From Guillardia theta CCMP2712 (taxonomy: Eukaryota > Protista > Cryptophyta), in contig NW_005434567.1 of assembly GCF_000315625.1 (NCBI RefSeq), positions 35,505-99,504 on the forward strand: 64,000 bases of DNA, written 5' to 3'. The position numbers and the translations under genes are program-made. Positions 1 through 14,460 of the stretch are shown in pieces (position 1 is the first letter of the stretch; each line of letters starts with the position of its first letter). Below the pieces are notes generated by a model. The model had not been told where the DNA came from, did no database searches, and worked only from the letters and a program-made list of their open reading frames with translations.

Positions 1-3953
<3,953 letters not shown>

Positions 3954-4042
3954 TGACTTTTTGTTGGGTCGAGCTGCGTGAGTCCGCCTCAGAGAAAAGT
4001 TCCGTCGATCCGACTCTGATTCCGGGCAAAATGATGAACTGA

Positions 4043-4920
4043 ATGATCGGCCGCCCGGCCGGGCGGCCCGGGACCGTCACAGTCAGTGCCGCAACTGCCG
4101 CCGCTCAGTGCCCCGGCCGCGCCGCACTCAGTGCCACGGTGCGCGGCCCGGCGGCCGCGCATCGGTTACTGATTGACGCTACTGGAGGCCGATGGCATGG
4201 GTTAGTAATGCATACTGATACTGAGTCAGCACGTCCCGCCACGGTGCAAACGCATCCGGTCCAGGATCTTTCGTCAGCTCAAGGCCTCCCTGTCCTTCGC
4301 TGCCGGCATCATCGCGGGTGCATTCCGAACTCGGAAGTTCCGGTATGCGTCTCATTCCTTCGGCGGCGGCCACAGCCGCACATGAGTCGCTGACACTGGC
4401 GGGGGGGAATGTTTGGGGGACAGCAATTGGCAGGATTGGCCCCATGATTTGGTTCTCGCTGTCTTTGCGCAGCCTGAGTGCTACTGTTCTCGCCGTTTGG
4501 CCAGTGCGACACTGAGTGCCACGGTGCACGGACGGTCAAGCCTCCCGGAGTCGACTCTCCTGATTGTCCTCGTACTGATCTATAACTTAACTTTGAGTAA
4601 AGAAGACTGAGTGTGCACAGCGGCACCCGGCGGCCGGGGGCCTTCAACTCGGAGCACTGGCCGCCAGGCCGCGTTAGGCTCACTTTGAGTAGAGGCTTAG
4701 CACATTGAGACAGTCCGATCTGGTCCGAGCGCCCGGCGCCGCCTGCAACCGTGACGGTGCGGCGACCGTACGGTGAGCTCGGAGTCGGCACACTGCGGCA
4801 ACCCGGCGGAGTCCCTGGGCCCGGCGGTGACTGAAATTCGGACTCAGGAAAATCCGGCCGGGCCCAGTCATCAGTACGGCGGGCCGGCGGCCGGGGCCCT
4901 CGGGGGCCGACTCGGAAGTT
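4043..4920. repeat. GC-rich palindrome-dense intergenic block containing the 52-bp dispersed motif (4551-4602)
   Basis: Dense CCGG/GGCC/GACTC/ACTGAGT words; 4551-4602 matches 39583-39634 at 49/52. Confidence 0.7.
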
Positions 4921-6018
4921 GCTCAAGTCACAAGGGCCTGATAATACAGTGGTATCGTTCCCTGACGGAGCTTCAAACCTCCGTGACGTTCAGAGCTTCA
5001 ACCCCCCCCGTTCAAAATATCAGAACAAAGCTTCAAGTTCGCAACATTCCAAACTGCCCAGTGCAACGTTCATGAGCCTAGTAATCAACACAGCGCATCG
5101 ATGGCATTCGACTGACAGGGAAGTATCCTCCATCAGGCACAGGCACTTGATGTCTCTCATTAGCTCCAGTAAGATCGAAAAGGGCGCATGAAGTCACATC
5201 GCGTGAGTGAGCCTGTCAGCACGTTCTTATCCCTCGCCATAAGGTGGAGTTGTTCAGTCAAATCTAAATATACTGTTGCTATTGCTGCCTTGGGGGTTGG
5301 AACAGTGGGAGGGGAGTTCGGAAAATGGACTCAGCAAGAGCACGCCATTCTGCCATGCTGTACTCAAGTTCCCATCGGGATGCCATTGCTGCAAGACCAT
5401 GGCACATTGATGTGTTGTTCATTGTGTTGTAATCTAGACAACGATTTTGAGCGAGATTAAGAATCTTGCATACGTTGATCAAATCACGTGTGAACATTCT
5501 TTTCCTGGTCCTTTTTGTTCATCCAAGTCCTTGTGTTTCTGGTTGGACAGCATAGGCATACATTGCTTTTGCTAACTTGGAGGTAGCAAGGAAAAACGCC
5601 GGAAAAACGGTGTTTTCCATGATATGGCATATCATCTTGCAAAATCATATGTCCTGTCGAAATACAGTGAACCACTCATTTTCATCAATTGTTTGAGAGT
5701 CAAGTGGTTCGTGCAAGACTTCCATCCACAAGTTGTATCAATCACTAATGCTGGTTGAGCAAGATGAAGGACGTAGATCGTCAATGATTTGTCAAACTGG
5801 TCCAGGTTGTAAAATCCAATACAATGCACCTGCTTGTGTTGAGGTGTTCGGAACGTTTTGTAGGTCTGAAATGTCACCAGCATCTACAAAGTCCTGTCAA
5901 ACCAGGAAAGAATGATGTCTATCTGTCCTTGTTTGTCACGAGGACAATCTCTTCAGTGTTCACAAGAGGCTTGCATGAGAAAACATTGTTTCATTGAAAT
6001 TCAAAATAGTTCTATACA

Positions 6019-6348
6019 TTACAACAACAGTTCATCGCCAGTCGCTGCCAGGATTGGCTGTCTATTTCTATCTGAGACCAATTTCATTGCGTGTTCTAGT
6101 GCCTCAAGCTGCTTACTCCGTGACGGGCATCCGTACTTCCAACTCCTGCATTCCTCTGACAGTGGGAAGGGCTTGTCGTTGCATTCGCTAGCATGTTGGA
6201 GTTTCAACTCGTCTCTGAATCTCTTGGAGATGTCCCGGAGGGAGGAAAAGTCGACTTCGGCAGATGATGTTTCTGGAACAGGCTCCAAGAAGGAGAGGTC
6301 GCGGAAGCTGGGTTGATCACCGAAGTCCATGATGTCGTTTGTGTTCAT
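6019..6348 (-). CDS. Small protein family A, copy A1 (109 aa, intronless, unknown function)
   Basis: MNTNDIMDFGDQPSFRDL...SSLRDISKRFRDELKLQ...YGCPSRSKQLEALEH...ATGDELLL*. Colinear with the ORFs at 7518 and 11065. Confidence 0.85.
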   Translation of the reverse strand: MNTNDIMDFGDQPSFRDLSFLEPVPETSSAEVDFSSLRDISKRFRDELKLQHASECNDKPFPLSEECRSWKYGCPSRSKQLEALEHAMKLVSDRNRQPILAATGDELLL

Positions 6349-7517
6349 GTTCGAATAGCGAGGATGTAGATAGTTTTGTATGCAAGTGGTAGGGCTAGAA
6401 GTTTGAACGTGGCAGTGCGAGGGAAAGCAAGGGGATAAAGACTGCAGGGCTTCGCTCGTGTTGATATACGAAGGGCTGGGAAGACATCTTAAATCAGCAA
6501 TACCTGGCATGCTATCTAAATACCTAGGGGGTGGGTACATGCTGGTACTAAATTCAAGTCTTAAGTAGGAAAGGGTGGGTAGTCACGTTCACGTCAACCA
6601 GCCATAGAGGATGTGAAACGATGCGTATCCAATCGGAGTGAGCTCGAACCGTTGCGTTTCAGAAGGTCAGAGCGGACAAGCATGGAGTTACCATGCCCTC
6701 TCGTGATGAGAAATATCCCAATCGCACCTCTTCGTCTGCAGGTCCGGCTGCTCCCGCCCAAGAGGTCAAGGGGTGCCTTTGCGTCCTCTGCAACCCCGGG
6801 ACTGTTCCTGATGGTAGCCCTCCTGCCGGTTAAAACACCGATAAGGATCTGAGGTGGGCCCGTGATGTCGTAACAATGGCTCTGTGTTGCTGTCTCGCAG
6901 GGTAAGTCATAGGAAGAGGAGTATTCCATGCTTGCTGCCCCATTACTCTTCAAGAAGTCAGAGCTTTGACTGGTAACGTGATGAAAACACAAGTTAAAGC
7001 TTGCAGCTGATCCTTTACGAGGGTCAGCGCACCCACCCCTGTCTTGCCCACCACCCCCTCATATCTCCAACTCTAACCCCCCTTTTCCCTAGGGTCCCCC
7101 GCAGAAGGTTTAGAATGCGGTCTGATAACTGTAGGGACATGAGACCTCGTGGAGTCTTAAGGAGAGCGGATCATAGCGAGGCGGGTTGGCAATCGATGAT
7201 GGTCGATGACTGTCGAAGAGGATACCACGTAAAGCAGCGCTGAAACTTCTTCGGAAAGCGAAATGGCCTGTTTTGAAGTAAATCTGCATCCACACATGGG
7301 TGCCATATCACTATAAGACCTCAAATCGCAACGCTTCACTCAAATTACAATCATTTCCCCCCGTGCTAGGGAGTCAGCGATGCACGCACCCACCGATCTA
7401 ATAAGGAGACCATCATATCCGCCTCCCGCACACCTTCAGAGCTTAAAGAACGGCAACCCAACAGCCTCTGCTACCCTTACATTCCACACCTGTAGCTTGC
7501 TTCACAGCACATTCAGG

Positions 7518-7829
7518 ATGAGTATTGACATGGACGATCAACCCAGCTTCGAGGACCTAGGCATGGCAGGCGAGGGCACAGAGGCAAGCGACGATGAAGA
7601 TGATGTTGACCTGTCCTCTCTTCGGGAGATCTCGAAGAGGTTCAGAGAAGAGCTGAAGCTGCAGGGAGGCTGTGAAGTACCTTTGCTTGCTGAAGAACAG
7701 AGAAGGGAGAAGTATGGGTGCCCCCCAAGAAGCAAGCAGCTTGAAGCGCTAGAACATTCGATCATACTGCTGGGAAACCGCAGCAGAAGGGCAGTCGTGT
7801 CTGCGACGGGAGAAGAGCTGTTGATATGA
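7518..7829 (+). CDS. Small protein family A, copy A2 (103 aa)
   Basis: MSIDMDDQPSFEDL...SSLREISKRFREELKLQ...YGCPPRSKQLEALEH...ATGEELLI*. Confidence 0.85.
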   Translation: MSIDMDDQPSFEDLGMAGEGTEASDDEDDVDLSSLREISKRFREELKLQGGCEVPLLAEEQRREKYGCPPRSKQLEALEHSIILLGNRSRRAVVSATGEELLI

Positions 7830-8072
7830 ATAGAATCACAGATATGTATTGTATTTTATGGATTAAATGGAAATAGCTAGAATGCATCGCAAATATGTGT
7901 GTTGTATTTAGATCTGTGCGTCGGTTTTATAAGTCAATCTGCCAACAAGTTCACTGTTGAAGAATATCAATTCACACAATAACTTTTATTCTTCAACCTT
8001 TCGATTTTAGAGGAAGAAGTACCTCAGTCGAGTATAGGTTTCAATGCACAAAAATAATGCATCGTTCAAAGG

Positions 8073-8121
8073 TGTCTAAGATTTTGGATCTAAGATTTTT
8101 CAAGTGGATCTAAGATTTTTT
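8073..8121. repeat. Three copies of (GGA)TCTAAGATTTT
   Basis: gtctaagattttggatctaagatttttcaagtggatctaagatttttt. Confidence 0.7.
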
Positions 8122-8964
8122 AGGTCAGATCAATTTTTCTTAGCAATCGATTTCGCGATCATGAAAGGTGCAGTTTTGACTGTGGAAGAGTTTTTCATCG
8201 AACGAATTTCCATAGTATGCGAGTATAAATCATGAAAATCCCTTTTTACCATTTGATACAAGGTGTTGTCAAAGGCATAATTTTAAGAAGATACAGACAT
8301 CAGAAAGTACCAGATGTTGTTTAGCTTCAAATACAATACTCGTTTGATGAAACATTGTTCCAAGTGACTTCGTCAAGCTCTGGAGAATGTGGACGGGACA
8401 AGTGAAGGAATTACAAGATGTCAGTCTTGTTGTATACACAACCTTGCGTAAGACCTTGAGCTCAGATGATCTTAGGATCACTGTTTATTAAGCACACGTA
8501 GTTATCAGATCAGCAGCACCACATGCATCGATCTGCATCGTCGTTCTATTTCCTACGCCATGCCCAAGAAGCGTCCGGCATGAGTCCAGAATACAACAAG
8601 TCTGCTCTTTAAAGGATGATCCAAAGCCAAACCTCTGCTGTTTCATCCACTCTGGATCAGCAGAAAGTAGGAACTCAACACAATTCTACACATTGCGTCA
8701 AGTCGTCAGGGTTGCTGTTACCGAAATGCGGAGATACATTACCTAAACAGGGCCAGGGGACTGCATGTAGCATTGGAGAGAGTTTTGAAAGGGCAGTGGG
8801 TAAGATTTTTGTCTCAATCTAGCTATAGGCAATACAATTGGCTTGACCTTGACTTGATTTTATTCACAACGCTTCATACCACATTCCCATCTCCCTCTAT
8901 TTACATCCGCCTGCACTCCCCTACCTCAGGCAGGCGCTTTTTTTATGTCCTCTCTCGCCTCCCC

Positions 8965-9249
8965 CTACTGACAAAAGCTTGCTGCCATCCCCATCGCCCC
9001 TACTATCATGCTCGACGCGATGTTCATCCCCAGTATCCACACGGTTGCTCTCCAGGCGCCTGAGTCGACCTTGAACTGCTGCTTGGTAGAAGGCTTGCGG
9101 GGGAAGGAGGCAGCGGCTTCTTCGGCTGAGTAGTAGACGGGGATGTTGAGATCGATGGGCTGGTAGCCGAGGATGGGGTGGAGCGCAAGGTAGTGAAGGC
9201 GCTTGGTCTCGAGGGGGAGAGCAGAGGAGGAGGAGGAGCTTGTAGTCAT
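8965..9249 (-). CDS. Small protein family B, copy B1 (94 aa, C-terminal hydrophobic segment)
   Basis: MTTSSSSSSALPLETKRLHYLALHPILGYQPIDLNIPVYY...WRATVWILGMNIASSMIVGAMGMAASFCQ*. Homologous to the ORFs at 9670 and 13644. Confidence 0.82.
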   Translation of the reverse strand: MTTSSSSSSALPLETKRLHYLALHPILGYQPIDLNIPVYYSAEEAAASFPRKPSTKQQFKVDSGAWRATVWILGMNIASSMIVGAMGMAASFCQ

Positions 9250-9669
9250 GGGTAGTGCGGGCTGGAGGGGGAGAACTGTGGGCAGATTGTGCTGTGGGAG
9301 AAGGCGGAGGCGCTTTTGTAGACTAGCAGTGCTGACACGACCTCATGACTGTCAGCAACTATTCAACGCAGATGTTATCATTAGACTTTACTACACTCAG
9401 ATGCGCCGCGACCAAATGCTTTTCTGTAAGGTCAGATCGGATTGTATCTCAAAAATGTTTTAAAATCACACATTGCTGACAAAGAACAGCATGACTGGTG
9501 AAGAAGCTTCCAGCTTTGCTTACAGGAATGCAAACGTAGATGTTATCATGACTCTTTACTACCCCAAGATCAGCAGCTCCTTGTCAGCACTGCTAGTCTA
9601 CAAAAGCGCCTCCGCCTTCTCCCACAGCCCAATCTCCCCAAAGTTCTCCCCCTCCAGCCCGCACTACCC

Positions 9670-9954
9670 ATGACTACAAGCTCCTCCTCCTCCTCTGCTC
9701 TCCCCCTCGAGACCAAGCGCCTTCACTACCTCGCGCTCCATCCCATCCTCGGCTACCAGCCCATCGATCTCAACATCCCCGTCTACTACTCAGCCGAAGA
9801 AGCCGCTGCCTCCTTCCCCCGCAAGCCTTCTACTCAGCAGCAGTTCAAGGTCGACGCAGGCGCCTGGAGAGCAACCGTGTGGATACTGGGGATGAACATC
9901 GCGTCGAGCATGATAGTAGGGGCGATGGGGATGGCAGCAAGCTTTTGTCAGTAG
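9670..9954 (+). CDS. Small protein family B, copy B2 (94 aa)
   Basis: Differs from B1 at 2 aa (K/Q, S/A); I count 3 further synonymous differences. Confidence 0.82.
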   Translation: MTTSSSSSSALPLETKRLHYLALHPILGYQPIDLNIPVYYSAEEAAASFPRKPSTQQQFKVDAGAWRATVWILGMNIASSMIVGAMGMAASFCQ

Positions 9955-10299
9955 GGGAGGCAAGAGGGGGTGCCTGAATAGGCAAGTAGATGTAAATAGG
10001 AATCTGGTATCTATGTCATTGTGAATGAAATCAAGTCAAGCTAAATTCAAACTGGAGGAGAAAACACTCATAACATGAATCACTCTTCCATGGTTATACC
10101 GTGGAATTTTGTGAAAGTTGTTTCTATCCTGTTGATACCGTAGTTTCCTGCGTCGGATAGAATCACAGAACCTTCTTTTCTTCATTGGATTGGAATGTAC
10201 GACAAATTCATCAAATCTACATGGAGTTAATCATAATATGATAGATCGACGTGTATGAACGCATATTATTTGCTGACATCCTATTCTTGAATTCACGAA

Positions 10300-10854
10300 G
10301 TCTTTCAATCGCCGTTCCCAATCAAGATCGCTTGACTACAAACATTTCTTGCGATCTTCAAAAACAATCATAAGGCTTGATAAGAGACATTTGCGCTTGT
10401 TTATTGCCTATTTGAAAGAGGTACAGATTGCTGACGACGAATTGCGTAGCATCGTGATGGGCTTTCACCCTCAAGTCTATTAGAAATTTATCTTATGCTC
10501 CAGTAAACTGATTTCCCACCTCGTCCTGGTCAACATAATATTCAATGTGTTGATTTGCTCTACCAGGGACCAGTCTCCTTGCTGCTCGTTTTGGGAGAAA
10601 CCTTGCTGTTTAGTGTAACACTTGATGGGTTGAGAGAATTCCGCAACGAGAGAGACGCTTGCTTTTCCATTTGTGACTGCATGCGGATGGATCAAGTATT
10701 GCGTGATAGAGAAAGACAATGCATCATCGCTTTATGTTTGTACAAGCTCAACTATACCCTTGACCCTCCCATGAACAATCTTATCAATATACCCGCGTGC
10801 CCCGATATTTGGCGATTTCAAGCTTTAGAGAACAGCAGTATATCAGCAGTTTAG
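10300..10854 (+). CDS. Possible intron-containing hypothetical gene or relic
   Basis: Short open frames joined by plausible GT...AG introns (e.g. gtacagattgctgacgacgaattgcgtag), plus the ORF at 10555-10854. No recognisable motif. Confidence 0.2.
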
Positions 10855-11064
10855 TGAGCTGGAGCAAAATAATCTGATCGTCAAACAATTTTGTTTTTCG
10901 TTTCAAGAGAAGTTCTCCCATGATCACCTGTCAATATCTGCCTTTCAATGTAGAAAAGCAGTGAAGAATTCTTTCAGCGCCTTTTGCAAAAATAATGGCC
11001 AGACAGAAAATCGCTTCGAGAATCAACAAGATTATTCATTTTATTGCAGGAATGTTTTACAAAT

Positions 11065-11376
11065 TTACAAGACTAGGTCTTCACCAGTCGCTGAAATAAT
11101 TTGAGGTCGATTTTTGTCTTCAATCAATCTCAATGAATGCACAAGTGCTTCGAGTTGTTTGCTTCTTGACGGGCAGCCGTAAACTTCCTTTCGGTCTTCC
11201 TCTGACAGCGGAAGGATTGCTTTGCAGTAGCATGCTCTATCTTGAAAATTGATCTCTTCTTGAACCCTCCTAGAGATGTCCCTCAAAGATGAAACTTCCG
11301 CATCCTCAGTATCGTTGTCAAAGCTTGCTAGGGAGAGATCAGGAAAACTGGGCTGTTCGTCGATTTCGAGGCTCAT
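11065..11376 (-). CDS. Small protein family A, copy A3 (103 aa)
   Basis: MSLEIDEQPSFPDL...SSLRDISRRVQEEINFQ...YGCPSRSKQLEALVH...ATGEDLVL*. Confidence 0.85.
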   Translation of the reverse strand: MSLEIDEQPSFPDLSLASFDNDTEDAEVSSLRDISRRVQEEINFQDRACYCKAILPLSEEDRKEVYGCPSRSKQLEALVHSLRLIEDKNRPQIISATGEDLVL

Positions 11377-11393
11377 TGCTGGTGTAGTCAAAG

Positions 11394-11470
11394 AAAGGGA
11401 GGACAGTTCGATGTCAACCAAAGGGAGGACAGTTCGATGTCAACCAAAGGGAGGATAGTTCGATGTCAAC
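11394..11470. repeat. Three tandem copies of a 26-bp unit in the 5' leader of A3
   Basis: AAAGGGAGGACAGTTCGATGTCAACC twice, then a third copy with one substitution. Confidence 0.95.
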
Positions 11471-11562
11471 GAGCTTCTTGACAGGCAGGTGAAGAAGAAC
11501 AGGATCGCACTTGCGTTATGGAGAGTTCCGGGAGGATAGGTTTGCGATTTCTATCTCACCTT

Positions 11563-11575
11563 GCCTTTTATATAC
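11563..11575 (-). promoter_or_regulatory. TATA-like box upstream of A3
   Basis: Minus strand reads TGTATATAAAAGG ~190 bp upstream of the A3 ATG. Confidence 0.4.
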
Positions 11576-12384
11576 AACACGGGAGGTGAGGTTCATGGAA
11601 TATCCTCTTTTGACAGGGGGTGGGTCCTTGCTCCTGGTACAAATAAAAGGGTTGATGTGGATAGACCAGGGGTGGGTACTTACACCTCTCCCTGCAAAAC
11701 CTCTTCGGGATATGTATGAGAGGATGCGTTCTTTGCCTAGTTTGTCTCGTTCGAAAATGAGGGGGTAGGGGTGACTCTTAAAGTACCAAAATCCTCGAAA
11801 TTCTGAGGAAAACATCGAGGGGTGGGTAGTATAGTGGGTAGTATAAACCCCTTGGAGTAGATCCATGGCCGTGGTTTTAACTCTTTGTCACGTTACTAGG
11901 CAAAGTCAGGTCATGTTTCAACTCCTTGATAAAATACAGCGATTGATGAGTCCAGAACATTGTCGGTATCGTGACAGGTATCAACATCGGTTCGTTCGGT
12001 CATCCTGCACGATACTCGTCATGGTCCTAGCTGGCCAGTCCCATGCAGTCGATTTGACTGGTAGTACTAGTAAACGGCCCGGCCCGGTTTGGGCCCGGCT
12101 CGGGGTCTTGATCCGAAAGCCCCGGCCCCGAATATCCCGGCCCGGCACAAGGTGAAATGGTTGAGGTACGGTAGAGGTCGCCCACGATTCACAACTTCAT
12201 GTTCAGTCGGAGCACGGATCGCCTGCAGCTGCTCGAGACGGCAAGAAACCGTTCACTTAACTTTGAGTTCAGATTGATGGCAAAGTTTCTTCTAACACTT
12301 ACAGGTTCTTCTTGCCAAACACTACAAAAAACTTTGCGCGTCTCCATGCTAGGAGGTCGGGAAGCGCAAGGGCTATCATTAAAG

Positions 12385-12804
12385 TCTTGCAGCGACAGAA
12401 ACGTAACTCTTGCAGCAATGAATTTTGTAGTTACAGCAACAAATCTTGTAGACAGATTTCTGCACTGGCACCCAGATACCCTCTTAGTCTCCTCATTTTG
12501 ACAAGTGCACGGGGCCAATATCGCATCCTTGAGAGATGATGTAAACTTCCTCGCAACCACTGCAGAGCAGTATTGACAAATGCAAGCATCAGATTTGATT
12601 TGACGAAGCAATGTGGTAAGGCGGGCAATAAGTTTGGGTTTTCCGCGCACGAGGGGACTCGAAAGTTGGAGCCCAGAGGAATTTACGTTCTTGCATGATT
12701 GTCGTTTCTATAGGCCCAGCATGTCTTTCCCCAACAAATTTATTCCGTCGCTGCAAGAGTAACAACTCTGTTACTACAAGAGTTACGTTTCTGTCGCTGC
12801 AAGA
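12385..12804. mobile_element. MITE-like 420-bp element with perfect 28-bp inverted repeats
   Basis: TCTTGCAGCGACAGAAACGTAACTCTTG at 12385-12412 and its exact reverse complement at 12777-12804, with degenerate internal sub-repeats. No coding capacity; no clear TSD. Confidence 0.55.
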
Positions 12805-13643
12805 GGACAGGGTTTATTTTGACCACCATTCAATGCTAAACCTTGCCTGCGGGTCAAACTACAATCTGTATAGACTTGACCTGTCGCGTGGCCGATGTTG
12901 CCATTGGCCGTGGCGCCCTCATTCAGTGCGTTCCGTGTTAGCAGTGAGACGGTCCCAAGAGAGTTAAGGTCTCGTGAATTCACCTGCTGATTCTAACGAT
13001 CGCCAAGTGCCCCAGCATTCCCTTTCGTGATTCATGCATAAGCTCGATGGTTAATATGTTCCTGGAAAAGAAAAACTACTTTGCTCGTTCCATGATTGTG
13101 GATGAGAAAGTTCTTGGAGCCTCGCAGTCATTTCAGACCCAGACAAAACACAACTTACATGATACACCAGTTTGTCGTTTCTTTTGTCAGTCTCAAACCC
13201 TCAAGTTGTCTTAAACATAGACAAATAGAACCGAAGCTTTCTGAAGGACGAGCTGCTCTATGTTGTTTATCCATTAACATTCACAACATGATACGACTTT
13301 ACAAGAGAGCACAACAATTTTATTTGCTTGCTTGTAAACTTTGTCTGCCTGAGCATACCGATGATAGTTTGCATCGGAGTGCAGAAAGTTTAGGTAGCTC
13401 AACAGACAACTTTCAACATCATCCTAAGGAGAGGATGCATATCAATCGATGGTTGACATGCATGTTATTTCACGGGAATGAACTCGTTTACTGACTACAG
13501 GATTGTGAAAACTCAATCCGAAGTATGTTTTTTCACACCCCAACAGTTTTACAAACGCACGAGACCATGCATATGTTACAAGCGTTTATGAAATAATGTA
13601 CAATGCCGAAGGAGCAGTAGCTAAGTCACAAATTTCCCCTAAT

Positions 13644-14015
13644 CTAGAGAACGTTTAGTCTTGGTAGGAACGTAATCATGCCGAGGATGGCGAACATCAG
13701 AATGTTTACAATCACGATGGTGATCAAAACCGGATTCAATGCTTCATCCCATTTGATGGCCTTGCACGTTTGCGTCTCTCCACATGGCACTGGCTTGATT
13801 CTATCCACGTCTTGTTGAGTATACACAAGAGGAATTTGGAGGTCAATCTGTTGAACTCCCAAAAACATGTGCTCTGCTACGACGTGGATGTTCTTGAATT
13901 CCCGCAGAGGAGGCAAGAGCTTCTCCTCTTTGCATAGCTCGCGTTCACTCCTGTTGCCACTCAGTTCTCTAACAGCTTCCTGCATGTCCAACACGTCTTG
14001 TTCGTAGCTGTGCAT
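13644..14015 (-). CDS. Small protein family B, divergent copy B3 (123 aa, C-terminal TM helix)
   Basis: LREFKNIHVVAEHMFLGVQQIDLQIPLVY aligns with LETKRLHYLALHPILGYQPIDLNIPVYY; ends VLITIVIVNILMFAILGMITFLPRLNVL*. Confidence 0.8.
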   Translation of the reverse strand: MHSYEQDVLDMQEAVRELSGNRSERELCKEEKLLPPLREFKNIHVVAEHMFLGVQQIDLQIPLVYTQQDVDRIKPVPCGETQTCKAIKWDEALNPVLITIVIVNILMFAILGMITFLPRLNVL

Positions 14016-14460
14016 AGCTTGATGGAAATCACCCTGGCGCAAGCGCCGTGGTCTTGCGAATGGTGGGTCTGGCTAAGGGGGCTTTGTATTTTCATATCTG
14101 AGGCACCATCCCCTGGACCTCGTGACTTTCATCAGCAATATCAGCATTTCTGGTCCCGTGCGCACTGGAACGACCTATAAAAGCATCGTTTCGGATCTTA
14201 CTGTTTACATCTACACTAAATTGCAAAACCTACTCAGGAACATTGCAAGGGTATCAGAGTACCCCTGAAAAAATCCGACTTTACACCCGGTACTTAAGCT
14301 TCAATTGTGCACCCCCACCCCCTGAAATCATCAGGTCACGAGGAGAACAATATTCTGTAAGGCCTGTCACATGGCCACCTGTCATCATCCCTTGTTCCTT
14401 ACATTTTACAGAGGGCCCCGTCTCCGTCACGACTGCTCTATCGGACTCTACCGCCGAAAC

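Larger units (their letters stand above)
8850..10041. repeat. Inverted duplication: arms ~8850-9337 and ~9582-10041, spacer ~244 bp
   Basis: The arms are reverse complements, near-identical across both B ORFs and ~90 bp of 5' flank, and gapped in the 3' flanks. Confidence 0.92.

Noticed and set aside
4919-5915. Short ORFs in the left arm, checked as a possible mirror copy of B3
   Set aside because: No family A or B motif in the frames I read, and no convincing gene model.
6594-6992. 132-aa ORF between A1 and A2
   Set aside because: Non-ATG start and no recognisable motif. Its HVTSQS match to the 11865 ORF reflects the mirrored DNA 18-mer, not protein conservation.
11394-11470. Possible CRISPR array
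   Set aside because: Head-to-tail repeats with no spacers and no cas genes, in a eukaryotic context.
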